From Candidatus Saccharibacteria bacterium RIFCSPHIGHO2_12_FULL_41_12 (GTDB lineage Bacteria > Patescibacteriota > Saccharimonadia > Saccharimonadales > 2-12-FULL-41-12), in NCBI GenBank assembly GCA_001790445.1, contig MGCQ01000007.1, positions 66,608 to 130,607 of the forward strand: a stretch of 64,000 bases of DNA, in the 5' to 3' direction. The notes beneath the pieces are model-generated. The model worked only from the letters and a program-made list of their open reading frames with translations, had not been told where the DNA came from and did not search any database. The translations under genes and the position numbers were made by a program. The stretch's first letter is position 1, and each line of letters opens with the position of its first letter. Shown piece by piece: positions 10,774-21,078 of the stretch.

Positions 10774-11214
10774 ATGGAAGATAAAATTCGTAACTATGCC
10801 CAAGAAATTGGGGCAGAACTAAAAGAAAAAAACGGTTTGTGGGAACTGTCAAAGCTTGTTGCAGAGCGTAAAGCGTTTTTAAGCAAGAAAAAGCTGACAT
10901 ACACAGCTAAATTTCGAATAAATAGTGATGAAAAAAAGGTAGTGCTGAGTGAATACTTAGCAGAAAAAGGCTCTGGATTGTCCTCTGGCGGTGGTGATTT
11001 TGGCAGTGACATGAGTCCTGGCTTTGGGTTTAAAACAACTTCTTATAAAACAGGGACTTCGGGCATTTCAGGGTCTATCCAAGAACAATCAGATTTGTTT
11101 GGCAAACAGTACACCTATGATTTCAAATACGAAGCAGTCCGCCAAAAGATTGAAACTCTGGCTCTAGAGGCAGGATTTGCATTTGAGTACAAGGTTCTCC
11201 CCGTTGGTCTTTAG
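10774..11214 (+). CDS. hypothetical protein
   Basis: 146-aa ORF with an SD (AAAGGAG) upstream. No motif recognised. Confidence 0.45.
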   Translation: MEDKIRNYAQEIGAELKEKNGLWELSKLVAERKAFLSKKKLTYTAKFRINSDEKKVVLSEYLAEKGSGLSSGGGDFGSDMSPGFGFKTTSYKTGTSGISGSIQEQSDLFGKQYTYDFKYEAVRQKIETLALEAGFAFEYKVLPVGL

Positions 11215-11341
11215 CAAAAACATTTAATACAAGAGTTTTTCATATAAATATATAATATTTCGTAGTGGATAACGCTTGCGTTTATATTGTTAATTTGATA
11301 CATTGCCTTATAGATAAAATTAAGAAAAAGGATTACAAAAA

Positions 11342-11887
11342 ATGGCAAAGAAAACAGATAGAAAAACAATAGACGTGACTTTTACGTTACTGGGGCTGGT
11401 GCTGGCAGTATTTTTATTTATCGCAGGATGTTTGGCGATGTACACCTATAAATTTACTACTACCACTGTTAGAGATGAACTAGTTGCCCAAAAAATATTT
11501 TTCCCACCAGCAGGTAGCGCTGGACTCAGCGCAAAAGAGTTCCCTGAACTCCAAAAATATGGTGGACAACAGGTAGACGACGGTATTAAAGCCAAAGCTT
11601 ATGCTAATGGTTTTATCGGTAGACACCTAGAAAAAGTCGCTGGTGGTAAAACTTACTCAGAAGTAAGTACATTGGCAAAGGCAGATCCAAAAAACACCAC
11701 ATTAGCAGCTCAGAAGCAGTCACTTTTCATGGGTGAAACACTTCGAGGTTTGTTGCTTGGCGATGGTTATGCCTATTGGACAATCGGTATAGTTGCGTAC
11801 TACGCAGCATTACTCGCATTTGTAAGTTCGGCTGTTATGCTGATACTCGTTCTTCTCGGATATCGTCAGGTCAAACAAGCTAAATAG
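11342..11887 (+). CDS. membrane-anchored hypothetical protein
   Basis: N-terminal and C-terminal TM helices flank a soluble domain. SD-like AAAGGA upstream. Confidence 0.45.
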   Translation: MAKKTDRKTIDVTFTLLGLVLAVFLFIAGCLAMYTYKFTTTTVRDELVAQKIFFPPAGSAGLSAKEFPELQKYGGQQVDDGIKAKAYANGFIGRHLEKVAGGKTYSEVSTLAKADPKNTTLAAQKQSLFMGETLRGLLLGDGYAYWTIGIVAYYAALLAFVSSAVMLILVLLGYRQVKQAK

Positions 11888-12027
11888 TACAGTTAATACA
11901 AAGCATATAAATGGGTCACAAATTGTGGCTCATTTTATGTTGTGACTTGTAGGTAAGGAAGCAAAGTCTCTGTTTAACGGCTTATCCAAAACACAAGCTT
12001 TGGGCAGAATTTGGTCCATGTTGCTTC

Positions 12028-12303
12028 GTGGCAAATCTTAAAAAGCTACAGCTACTACCTATTTCGGGTGAATTTTGCTCCAGTTTAGAGGTTTTTCAAC
12101 CAAGCGCAGAGACAATTGCCAGACATGCGCTCGCCAAAGCAAAACCAGGTGGGATAATAATTTTTCACGATGGCTATAATAATAAAAAAGCAGATAGGAC
12201 GCAAACAGTCAAAGCGGTAAAAATAGTCGTTGAGGAATTATCCCAAAAAGGTTATAAGTTTGTAACTGTCGATCAACTCCTAAATATTCCTGCCTATCGC
12301 TAA
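12028..12303 (+). pseudogene. polysaccharide deacetylase (NodB-type) C-terminal remnant
   Basis: Only about 90 codons. GGIIIFHDGYNN...TVKAVKIVVEELSQKGYKFVTVDQLL matches the C-terminal end of NodB-homology deacetylases. The N-terminal catalytic part is missing. GTG start, no SD. Confidence 0.5.
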
Positions 12304-12421
12304 GCCGGCTTTGATCATTTATTCTCCACAGTTTAACTGTTTTGGGCGAAAATTCTGTGCGCACATAAGTGATATTACATTATGTATTTTATGCCAATTA
12401 TAAGGTACAATAAGCATTAGC

Positions 12422-14767
12422 ATGAACGATAAGTTTGATTCGGTTAAATTGTATTTGCGTGCTGCAAATTATTTGACCGCAGCCCAAATATTTCTGCAGG
12501 ACAACTTTTTGATGGATCGTGATTTGACGTTTGATGACGTCAAACCTCGACTGTTGGGGCACTGGGGATCTGGTCCTGGAGTGAATTTTGCCTATGCCCA
12601 CCTGAGTCGCATGGCAAAACATCGCAATCAGGAGATACTGTTTGTACTTGGCCCTGGACATGCTTTCCCGGCTTTGCAGGCAAATTTGTTTTTGGAGGGG
12701 ACTTTGGGTAACTACTACCCCCAGGCCAAACAAAATCTTGACGGGATCAGCTACATTTGCCGCCAGTTTAGCTGGCCTTATGGTTTTCCTAGCCATAGTA
12801 ACCCAGGTACGCCAGGTGTCATTTTGGAAGGCGGTGAGCTTGGGTACGCTTTGTCAACCAGCTATGGTGCTGCACTAGATAATCCAAATCTTATAGTTGC
12901 GTGTTTAATTGGAGATGGGGAGGCCGAGACAGGCCCAACCGCTGGAGCTTGGCATCTTAACAAACTTATTAATCCAAAAACAGACGGCACGGTGCTACCA
13001 ATTTTGCATTTAAATGGTTATAAAATTTCCGCCCCAACTATTTATGGTCGAATGACTGACTATGAACTAATGGCGCTCTTTAGCGGTTATGGATATCATC
13101 CGAGAATTGTTGATGCAACCAAGAGCGATGATCCCCATAAAGCCATGAGTGATGCTGTGGAATGGGCCCATCGTCTAATAGAAAAAATTCGTTCCGGAGA
13201 AAAGAGCGCTGTTTTCCATACTCCAATGATTATTATGCGCACCCACAAAGGCTGGACTGGTGTTAAAGAGCTAGATGGTCAAAAGATTGAAGGCAACTGC
13301 CTTAGCCACCAAGTAGTCTTGACCGAGGCGAAGACTGATGAAAATCAGCTACGACTTTTGAATGAGTGGCTTCACTCGTACAATTTTGGTGAGCTATTTA
13401 GCGCTGAACATGGTTTTGGCGATTTTGTGCAAGATATTTTGCCAGAAGATAATTCCAAACGTATGGGGATGAGCAAATATGCTCATGGCGGAGATGGCGT
13501 CTACAAACCCCTAAATCTCCCCGATGTTTCGCTTTTTGCTGAAGATGCAACCGCACCAGGCACGATAGGTAGTAGTAGTATGCGCCGAGCAGGGTTATAT
13601 CTGACAGAGGTGTTCAAACTCAACAAAGACGCAAATAACTTTCGCATGATGTCTCCTGATGAGACTTATTCCAATAAGCTTGACCAAGTTTTTACTGAAA
13701 CATCTCGTGCTTGGCAATGGCCGATAGAGCCTTGGGATAAAGACCTTAGTCCTGATGGCCGAGTTATGGAAATGCTGAGTGAGCATAATCTCCAAGGTTT
13801 GACCCAAGGATATGTATTAACCGGACGACACGCGGTATTTGCGAGTTACGAGGCGTTTATCCAGGTCATAGCTAGTATGATGGATCAGTATGCCAAGTTC
13901 TTGAATCAATCGCGTGAGGTTGAGTGGCGTGGGGCAATTCCGTCTCTTAATTATATTCTAACCAGTTCTGGTTGGCGGCAGGATCACAATGGTTTTAGTC
14001 ACCAAAATCCTGGTTTTATTGATGACGTATTGCGCAGACAAGGTGATTTTGTCGATGTCTACTTCCCTGCAGATGGCAATACCACGTTGGTAGTGCTCGA
14101 GCAGATGCTCAGCGCAACGCGGCAAATTAATATTCTGGTGGCTGGAAAGACTTTGGAACCCCGTTGGTTGACTCCAGATATGGCTAAAAAACAACTTGAG
14201 TCAGGTATTATGACTTGGGACTTTGCCAGCGACGAAGATCCAGATGTTATTCTGGCCGGTATTGGTGACTACACTACTAAAGAAGTACTAGCGGCTATCA
14301 ACATGGCTAAAATAGTCTGGCCAGATATTCGGCTCAGATTTGTTAACATCTGCACTTTGACTAGTTGTGGATTGGGTCGGGGTGGCGCTTGTTTATCGCA
14401 CGAAGGTTTTGAGCATTATTTCACTGCCGACAAACCAGTCATCTGTAACTTCCACGGCTACCCGCAAACTCTGAAGTCAATTTTGTTTGACTATACGCAT
14501 AATCCAGATCGTTTTGACATTCGTGGCTACATCGAAAGCGGCTCTACAACTACGCCGTTTGATATGCACGTGCGTAACAAAACCAGTCGCTACCACTTGG
14601 TAATGGCTATCTTTGAAAAATTCGCAAAATCGGGGCGTATACCTTATGAAGAGTCACAGCATATTATTTCAATCTTCCAGGCAAAGATAGATGCGAACAC
14701 AGAATATATCAAAAAGAATGGTATTGATATGCCAGAGATTGATGAGTGGCAATGGCAAAATCATTAG
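12422..14767 (+). CDS. xfp: xylulose-5-P/fructose-6-P phosphoketolase
   Basis: 781 aa with the XFP signature EGGELGY and the TPP motif IGDGEAETGP. Followed by ackA. Confidence 0.95.
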   Translation: MNDKFDSVKLYLRAANYLTAAQIFLQDNFLMDRDLTFDDVKPRLLGHWGSGPGVNFAYAHLSRMAKHRNQEILFVLGPGHAFPALQANLFLEGTLGNYYPQAKQNLDGISYICRQFSWPYGFPSHSNPGTPGVILEGGELGYALSTSYGAALDNPNLIVACLIGDGEAETGPTAGAWHLNKLINPKTDGTVLPILHLNGYKISAPTIYGRMTDYELMALFSGYGYHPRIVDATKSDDPHKAMSDAVEWAHRLIEKIRSGEKSAVFHTPMIIMRTHKGWTGVKELDGQKIEGNCLSHQVVLTEAKTDENQLRLLNEWLHSYNFGELFSAEHGFGDFVQDILPEDNSKRMGMSKYAHGGDGVYKPLNLPDVSLFAEDATAPGTIGSSSMRRAGLYLTEVFKLNKDANNFRMMSPDETYSNKLDQVFTETSRAWQWPIEPWDKDLSPDGRVMEMLSEHNLQGLTQGYVLTGRHAVFASYEAFIQVIASMMDQYAKFLNQSREVEWRGAIPSLNYILTSSGWRQDHNGFSHQNPGFIDDVLRRQGDFVDVYFPADGNTTLVVLEQMLSATRQINILVAGKTLEPRWLTPDMAKKQLESGIMTWDFASDEDPDVILAGIGDYTTKEVLAAINMAKIVWPDIRLRFVNICTLTSCGLGRGGACLSHEGFEHYFTADKPVICNFHGYPQTLKSILFDYTHNPDRFDIRGYIESGSTTTPFDMHVRNKTSRYHLVMAIFEKFAKSGRIPYEESQHIISIFQAKIDANTEYIKKNGIDMPEIDEWQWQNH

Positions 14768-15936
14768 TATTAGTTTCTAATCCAGGCAGTGCCAGCAGAA
14801 AGTATGCGCTGTACGATGGAAATGTCTGCCGGGCTCGGCTTCATTTTGAATATGATAGAGGGCACGTTATTTGTACGATTATTGAAGATCAAGATAGAAA
14901 AACAGTTCAAACAGATTTACAAGATATTGCAGATGCTCCCTCTGCCACGGTTACTTTGCTTAATGAACATAATTTATTAGTTGACGATGAGCAGGTTGAT
15001 AGCGTCGGCCTGAGGATAGTTGCTCCAAGCAGTTATTTTTTGGAAGACAAGGAGTTAACCCACGAGGTGGTGGGTAAATTGGAACAATTGAAAATGTATG
15101 CCCCACTGCATATTACAGCTAGTTTGCAGGAACTTTACAAACTGCGTGAACACTTTGCGCATGCAAAGATGTACGGCGTCTCTGATAGCGCTTTTCACCA
15201 CACAAAACCTGACCGTGCTTGGAATTATGGTCTGCCACTTGAGGATGCGGATAGATTAGATATCAAGCGTTTTGGCTATCATGGTCTAGCAGTTGAATCA
15301 GCAATACATCAGTTGCGGGGAGTGGAAAAATTGACGCCCAAAGTTGTCGTGGTTCACCTAGGCAGTGGCGATAGTGTTTCTGCTGTATACCACGGAAAAA
15401 GCGTTGATAATACAATGGGCTATTCTCCGCTTGAGGGTCCAATTATGTCTACTCGGAGTGGTAGTCTTGATATATCAGCAGCTCAGGTCTTACAGGCTGA
15501 ACTTGGCTTTAGTAACGACCAGTTGGATGAGTATCTTAATCATTCGTGCGGTTTGCTTGGGCTCGGTGGGTCGTCAGATATTCGTGAACTACTGAGCCGT
15601 GAGGAGCTGGGTAATCACCAAGCGCGGTTAGCCTTGGATACCTACATATACGGAATTCAAAAAGCGATTGGGTCGATGTCTGCTACGCTAGGAGGAATCG
15701 ACCAGCTGGTCTTTACGGGTACTGTTGGCGAAAGGTCAGCAACTATACGAAAACGGATAGTGCACAGTCTTGCTTATCTTGATCTCGTTCTTGATAGTGC
15801 CACTAATAAACAATGTTTTGACCCCAAAGAGCTAACTCTAATTAGTCGCCTTACCCACTCCAAACCTATACATGTTGTCCCTATAGATGAGGACGCCGAA
15901 ATTGCCCATCATCTACATGTGGTAACTGCCATGTAA
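14746..15936 (+). CDS. ackA: acetate kinase
   Basis: N-terminal LVLVSNPGSASRKY (acetate/propionate kinase signature) and later VVVHLGSGDSVSA. Overlaps the xfp stop. The start could be GTG at 14746 or ATG at 14752. Confidence 0.92.
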   Translation: MAMAKSLVLVSNPGSASRKYALYDGNVCRARLHFEYDRGHVICTIIEDQDRKTVQTDLQDIADAPSATVTLLNEHNLLVDDEQVDSVGLRIVAPSSYFLEDKELTHEVVGKLEQLKMYAPLHITASLQELYKLREHFAHAKMYGVSDSAFHHTKPDRAWNYGLPLEDADRLDIKRFGYHGLAVESAIHQLRGVEKLTPKVVVVHLGSGDSVSAVYHGKSVDNTMGYSPLEGPIMSTRSGSLDISAAQVLQAELGFSNDQLDEYLNHSCGLLGLGGSSDIRELLSREELGNHQARLALDTYIYGIQKAIGSMSATLGGIDQLVFTGTVGERSATIRKRIVHSLAYLDLVLDSATNKQCFDPKELTLISRLTHSKPIHVVPIDEDAEIAHHLHVVTAM

Positions 15937-16094
15937 GATATCCTCAGCGGTCTGGGTGTGGCTAGTGCTCAGATCAAAACTGACTTTTCCCCGGATACGC
16001 TTGATAATCAATTGGCATTAGACATGGGGCATATTTTGATTTTTAAATATAGTAAACTTGTCTTTTAGCGTAAAAAAGTGCATCCTTATAGAGG

Positions 16095-17765
16095 ATGCGT
16101 AGAGTTTTTGCCATTATTATTTTTATATTGATCGCTGGTGGATTGTTCTACCTTACCACCCAAAAACACACAAAAGTTAACTTGCTGAGTTCCCAGGATT
16201 GGTCACATTTTGCTGGGGCAGAGACTACCGCCCAAGGTGTTCACATCAAGCCTGTCGGACGTGTGCTAACTCACAAAGATACTTCTACTGCGCAGCTAAA
16301 TCCATCGGTGAATGTCAGAGGTTCTCACTTAAAGGTTTCAGGTGATTTTTCGATCGAAATGGCAATATCGGGTGTAGATAATGGAGCTAGCTTGCAATTT
16401 TATGGTCAAGTGCCAGTTATTTACGATGAATGGCGCCAAGAGAGACAAAGCGTAAGGCTAGAGGTGACTACTAGCGGACTTATTGTGCAGATATGGGATG
16501 GGACTTCTGGCACTTCAATTGATGAAAGAATTTTCAAAATACACTTGAATAATGACGTGAATATTATGCTGAGTCATCAAGCCGACAGGATTATCATAAA
16601 AGTAGATGACAAGACGCTGGGTTCTATTCCAGACCATGATATTTTTGCCCAAAAAACTGTTTGGGTTGGGGCAAATGCAAATCTAGGGACAGACGGCTGG
16701 ACGCTCAGGTCGCTTACGGCAAGAGGCATCGGTCAAGGCCAGGTGGATATTGATTTGCCCCCTAACGTTGTCGAGGCTCATGATCAGCCAGATGCACTTC
16801 GAAATCTTGCATCTGCCAATCCACGGCATTTACCAATTGGTGCAGCCATCTCAGCTTATCCATTATTTACAGATGATCAATACAGAAAAACAGCTTTGGG
16901 GCAATTCAGTGCGATGACCCCAGAAAACAGCGTAAAACCACAGTTTATTCATCCACAGAAGAATTTGTATGCGTACCAAGATGCGGATAGTTTGGTAGAG
17001 GCAGCACTGCAAAATCAGATGTTAGTTCATGGTCACGCGTTGGTGCTTGGCAAGGCAAACCCCCAGTGGATGCAGAAGACCCCAGAGAGTGAGCGTAAAC
17101 AAGTTATGACAGATCATATCACCAATGTTGTCGGTCATTTCAAGGGCAAAATTACCGAGTGGGACGTGGTCAACGAACCTCTGTCAGAGGACGATATAGA
17201 CTATACCAATGAGCGGATGGGTCTGCGAAAGCAGATGTGGTTTGACGCCATGGGTGAGCAATATATTGACACGGCTTTTCAGGCTGCTCGGGCAGCTGAT
17301 CCATCTGCTAAACTTTATCTGAACGATTTTGGACTAGAAAAGGATGGCAAGCGTTGGGACGCTTTAGTTGCTTTAGTTAAAAGATTGCAGGCAAGGGGTG
17401 TGCCAATTGACGGTGTTGGGTTTGAATCACACGTTTATCATGAACCGGATGTTATAAATCCTGAAGTGCTTCATCAACACATACAAATTTTGGCAAGTCT
17501 GGGAATTGTATCCAGAATATCGGAGATAGATGTACTGGGTGATGATAAAGACGTTCAAGCAAATCAATATGCAGATATCCTGCGTGTTTGTTTGGATGAG
17601 CCTACTTGTACGTCTTATACCACTTGGGGAGTCAGTGACCGATACGGTTCGACTACTCTTTCAGACAGATATCCTATCAAGTTTGGTAAGAGCCTTCTGT
17701 GGGATGAAGATTTTGCTCCAAAATCTGCACTTAGTAGCTTGCAAAACGTTCTCAAACAACGATAA
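16095..17765 (+). CDS. GH10 endo-1,4-beta-xylanase with N-terminal TM anchor and about 230-aa unassigned domain
   Basis: GH10 catalytic motifs WDVVNEP (acid/base) and ISEIDV (nucleophile). The N-terminal region is beta-rich and lectin/CBM-like but unassigned. Confidence 0.85.
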   Translation: MRRVFAIIIFILIAGGLFYLTTQKHTKVNLLSSQDWSHFAGAETTAQGVHIKPVGRVLTHKDTSTAQLNPSVNVRGSHLKVSGDFSIEMAISGVDNGASLQFYGQVPVIYDEWRQERQSVRLEVTTSGLIVQIWDGTSGTSIDERIFKIHLNNDVNIMLSHQADRIIIKVDDKTLGSIPDHDIFAQKTVWVGANANLGTDGWTLRSLTARGIGQGQVDIDLPPNVVEAHDQPDALRNLASANPRHLPIGAAISAYPLFTDDQYRKTALGQFSAMTPENSVKPQFIHPQKNLYAYQDADSLVEAALQNQMLVHGHALVLGKANPQWMQKTPESERKQVMTDHITNVVGHFKGKITEWDVVNEPLSEDDIDYTNERMGLRKQMWFDAMGEQYIDTAFQAARAADPSAKLYLNDFGLEKDGKRWDALVALVKRLQARGVPIDGVGFESHVYHEPDVINPEVLHQHIQILASLGIVSRISEIDVLGDDKDVQANQYADILRVCLDEPTCTSYTTWGVSDRYGSTTLSDRYPIKFGKSLLWDEDFAPKSALSSLQNVLKQR

Positions 17766-17796
17766 TCTGGTTATATAATTTTAGTCTGGCAGTACC

Positions 17797-18585
17797 TTAG
17801 AGCTTGTAGCTCTGTCTAAAACTTTTATCAAGCGGTAGTGTTTTGCATAGGGTATCGATCTCAATTTTATCTAGTTCAGCATACGAATAGATGCCGTTTC
17901 TATCGGCGATATCTTCTGCATAAGGGCTTGCGACTACACTAATTCCGTAAAATTGAGTGTTGGGATCCGATCCAGATCTATCCACAGCCGCAAAAAAGAA
18001 TTGGTTCTCGTGAGCGCGAGCTTTCACCAGGTGCTCCATAATAGCTGCCTTATTGCGTCCCTCGTACCAATTAAAACCTGACAGCATGCACTCTACTCCA
18101 GCTTTTTTGTATGTCTCGAAAAGTCGAGGAAACCGTATGTCAAAACAAGTGCTTAGACCAAACTTCCATCCATCGAGTTCAAACGTAGTCAGTTCTTTGC
18201 CTGCGCAGTAAAGCTCTGGTTCGGCAGACTCTGTGAATAAGTGGTTTTTACTGTACTGCGCAATGAGCTTGCCGTTTTTCGACACCACAAACTGCGTGTT
18301 AAAAGGCTTTCCTTTGGGGTTGCGCTCAATAATTCCGCATACCAGCGCGACCTGATTTTCTTTCGCTATTTTTTGGATACCTCTCACACCATGACCGTCT
18401 AGGGGCTGTGCAATTTGGTCAAGACTGTCATCAACAATTGTACCCATAAGGCTTACTTCTGGGAACAATATTATTTGAGTTTTTGGCCACAACTTTATAA
18501 CTTTTTTTACGTGCTTGCTTGTAAGCTCAAGATTTTTGTCCACGTTTTTCCAAGATGTATTTGATGCAACTGTGGCGATGTTCAT
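17797..18585 (-). CDS. carbon-nitrogen hydrolase (nitrilase superfamily)
   Basis: Glu-Lys-Cys triad contexts: ILFPEVSL, YSKNHLF and LSTCFDIRFP. Confidence 0.85.
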   Translation of the reverse strand: MNIATVASNTSWKNVDKNLELTSKHVKKVIKLWPKTQIILFPEVSLMGTIVDDSLDQIAQPLDGHGVRGIQKIAKENQVALVCGIIERNPKGKPFNTQFVVSKNGKLIAQYSKNHLFTESAEPELYCAGKELTTFELDGWKFGLSTCFDIRFPRLFETYKKAGVECMLSGFNWYEGRNKAAIMEHLVKARAHENQFFFAAVDRSGSDPNTQFYGISVVASPYAEDIADRNGIYSYAELDKIEIDTLCKTLPLDKSFRQSYKL

Positions 18586-18625
18586 AATAGATTTACAACT
18601 CCTTACTTATCTTAAGTATATCGTT

Positions 18626-19033
18626 TTAGGCATGGGTGTTATTTTCAACGATTTCTATCCAAATCCCGTCTGGGTCTCGGATAAAGAAAAAGTCATATCC
18701 ACAGTCACCTATATCTGGCTCAGAGACCAGCTCGATCCCTTTGTTTGTGAGATCGACACGTGCTTCTTGCAGAGAATCGACCTTAAGAGCAAAGTGCTTT
18801 TGACCAACTTGTTTGACACTATTGCCCATTGTGTCTCTCGACTCAGGATGATCTTCAAAGTCAGCATACCAAAACAACTCAAGTTTCAAATTACCAAGGC
18901 TGAGCAGGGCGATCTTTTTTTGCTTTTCGGGCACGTCTCGTTTAATCAGGGTCTTAAATCCGAGGCGTTCATAAAATTCCAGCGACTTTTCAAAATCACT
19001 GGCTGTAACTGCCACGTGGTGTATAGAGTACAT
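18626..19033 (-). CDS. VOC-family protein (glyoxalase I-like)
   Basis: IHHVAVTASDFEKSLEFYERLGF and a C-terminal FFIRDPDGIWIEIVE, typical of the glyoxalase/bleomycin-resistance fold. Confidence 0.8.
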   Translation of the reverse strand: MYSIHHVAVTASDFEKSLEFYERLGFKTLIKRDVPEKQKKIALLSLGNLKLELFWYADFEDHPESRDTMGNSVKQVGQKHFALKVDSLQEARVDLTNKGIELVSEPDIGDCGYDFFFIRDPDGIWIEIVENNTHA

Positions 19034-19074
19034 ACATCAATAATACCAAGCCACTGACAAATTAAGTAGGGATT

Positions 19075-19545
19075 TTGTTAGCAATTATGAAAAAGCTGCA
19101 ACTTTACAATGTACGGCATGTCTCATATACTGATGTTAAGTCTATGAATTCTAAAACTCTTGCTGGTGTTACTCTTCGCTTTTCTGGCAATGGCAGAAAA
19201 CTGGGCTATCCCACCGCAAATATTACCGACAAAACTAATTTGGATGATGGCATATACTTTGGTTATGCAACTTTGGGTGTATATCGTCGCCATCCAGCCA
19301 TGATTTTTGTTGGTACTCCTGTGACAGTGGGGGATAGCACACGACGCGTCGAAGCACACCTGCTGGATATTGAGGACAAAGACATGTATGACCAAAATCT
19401 GCAGCTTGAGATTTTGCATTTTTATCGACCAAACAAAAAGTTTGCCACTGTTGGCGAACTAATAACCGCAATGCACACAGACGAGACAAGTGCGCGTGCT
19501 TGGTACAAAGAACATCCTCTAGCTTTAGAATCCGAGCGGGGTTAA
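19075..19545 (+). CDS. riboflavin kinase (stand-alone RibF C-terminal domain type); start uncertain (TTG 19075 or ATG 19087)
   Basis: GRKLGYPTANI, VEAHLLD and LEILHFYRPNKKFATVGELITAM match the riboflavin kinase domain. No FAD-synthetase domain. Confidence 0.75.
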   Translation: MLAIMKKLQLYNVRHVSYTDVKSMNSKTLAGVTLRFSGNGRKLGYPTANITDKTNLDDGIYFGYATLGVYRRHPAMIFVGTPVTVGDSTRRVEAHLLDIEDKDMYDQNLQLEILHFYRPNKKFATVGELITAMHTDETSARAWYKEHPLALESERG

Positions 19546-19549
19546 TCTA

Positions 19550-20155
19550 ATGTTCACTGGGATAATTACAGATACTGCTACCGTCAAATCTCATAAATTA
19601 AAAGACGGCATATTGACGATGACCTTTCAAAAGCCAAAAGACTGGAAAGATCTTGGGCTTGGCGAATCTGTTGCTACTGATGGTGCTTGTTTGACTGTGT
19701 CAGCTACGGGAAATGATGAATATGACTGTGACCTGATGGCAGAGACACTTAGTAAAACGTCATTTGGGGCAAATATCCCAAGGCGCGTCAATCTAGAACG
19801 AGCCCTGCAACTTAGCGACAGGCTCAGCGGTCACTTTGTACAAGGTCACGTTGACGGTATCGGAATAGTGGTCAAGATTAATCAGGGCACTGACCATAAG
19901 ATATCTATCGAATTTCCCGCTGAATTTGCTGATCTGGTAATTTACAAAGGCTCAATTGCCATCAACGGTGTCTCATTAACTGTTTGCGATGTCAGGCAAA
20001 ACATTTTAACCGTCGCTTTGATCCCTCACACATTAGAGCGAACAACGATCGGTTCTTTAAAGATCGGTGATGCTGTTAACTTAGAATTCGACATGATCGG
20101 TAAATATATCAGTAAAATAATTGAAAAGAGGCAATATGACGCAAATTCCAAATAA
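19550..20155 (+). CDS. ribE: riboflavin synthase alpha chain
   Basis: MFTGII start and two lumazine-binding repeats (GESVATDGACLTV and GSIAINGVSLTV). Confidence 0.9.
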   Translation: MFTGIITDTATVKSHKLKDGILTMTFQKPKDWKDLGLGESVATDGACLTVSATGNDEYDCDLMAETLSKTSFGANIPRRVNLERALQLSDRLSGHFVQGHVDGIGIVVKINQGTDHKISIEFPAEFADLVIYKGSIAINGVSLTVCDVRQNILTVALIPHTLERTTIGSLKIGDAVNLEFDMIGKYISKIIEKRQYDANSK

Positions 20156-20600
20156 ATCTAAGGTCTCAACTTTTGACGCTTCTGGTTGGAAGATCGGGAT
20201 CGTAGTCGCGCAGTTCAACAGTAATATCACTAAGCAGCTACTAAAAAATGTGCTTCAAAGAGCCAAAGACTACAAAATTAATAGATCAGATATCGAAGTT
20301 ATTCACGTTGCCGGATCCGTAGAAATACCATTGTTACTTCAAACTATGGCAAAAAAGGGGACTTATGACGCTTTGGTAGCGCTAGGATGCGTCGTAAAAG
20401 GTGAGACTGCTCATTTTGACTATGTCTGTAAATACGCGACAGAAGGTATTTTACGGGTACAGCTAGACCATTGTATGCCGATTGCCTTTGGTGTGCTTAT
20501 GTGCGACAATTTCGATCAGGCAGAATCTCGTACGCACTTGAGCGGGGAGCATCTTGACGCAGTACTGCATCAAGCCAAAGCCACAAAAAGCCTAAAATAG
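20136..20600 (+). CDS. ribH: 6,7-dimethyl-8-ribityllumazine synthase
   Basis: KIGIVVAQFN, HVAGSVEIP and GCVVKGETAHFDYV. I prefer the ATG at 20136 (AAGAGG 5 nt upstream) over the track start at 20121. Confidence 0.9.
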   Translation: MTQIPNKSKVSTFDASGWKIGIVVAQFNSNITKQLLKNVLQRAKDYKINRSDIEVIHVAGSVEIPLLLQTMAKKGTYDALVALGCVVKGETAHFDYVCKYATEGILRVQLDHCMPIAFGVLMCDNFDQAESRTHLSGEHLDAVLHQAKATKSLK

Positions 20601-21035
20601 TTAAGGTTTTCTTCTGAAGTGATAAGCGTATTCGTCAAAATCGAACGATTTGTAGAATTTGTGTGCGATAGGGCGATCTTTGCTAGAAGCTAAAAAGACG
20701 TATTGAAAATTATTTTCCTTGGCAAAATCCTTGGCATTTTGGAACAATTTGCGTTCGACGCCACCCCTTCTTTGGTCTGGTTTGACGTAGAATTCCTCTA
20801 CTTCCAAAATTGGGTTGGGGTAGCGGACAACTGATCTGGTGGAGTAGGTAATAAACCCAATAATTACACCGCCACTGGTAGCCAAATCTATATAAAAATT
20901 TGGGTCATCTATCGATTTTAGATACGAGTCATTGTCATGGTGACAATATCTATCTGGATCTTCGACAAAATCACCGAAAAGTTTTATCACCTCTTCGTAA
21001 TCATCCTTGTTCGCGTGCCTAATCTTAATATCCAT
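20601..21035 (-). CDS. GNAT-family N-acetyltransferase
   Basis: Acetyl-CoA motif VKPDQRRGGVERKLF and a C-terminal FYKSFDF. Confidence 0.8.
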   Translation of the reverse strand: MDIKIRHANKDDYEEVIKLFGDFVEDPDRYCHHDNDSYLKSIDDPNFYIDLATSGGVIIGFITYSTRSVVRYPNPILEVEEFYVKPDQRRGGVERKLFQNAKDFAKENNFQYVFLASSKDRPIAHKFYKSFDFDEYAYHFRRKP

Positions 21036-21078
21036 ATACAGTGATTATGTCAAAACCAATGCGTCACAGCGTACGAAG

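Noticed and set aside
12017-12028. 12-nt match atgttgcttcgt shared with 60047-60058.
   Set aside because: My rough estimate is that hundreds of 12-mer matches are expected by chance in 64 kb on both strands. No extended similarity.
16070-16100. Hairpin GCATCC-ttataga-GGATGC enclosing the SD and start codon of the xylanase gene, as a possible translational switch.
   Set aside because: It is only a 6-bp stem with nothing to suggest a ligand- or temperature-sensing element. Too weak to report as a finding.
18515-19057. 180-aa plus-strand ORF.
   Set aside because: It is fully antisense to the well-supported VOC/glyoxalase gene and to the start of the C-N hydrolase gene, and has no motif. Spurious.
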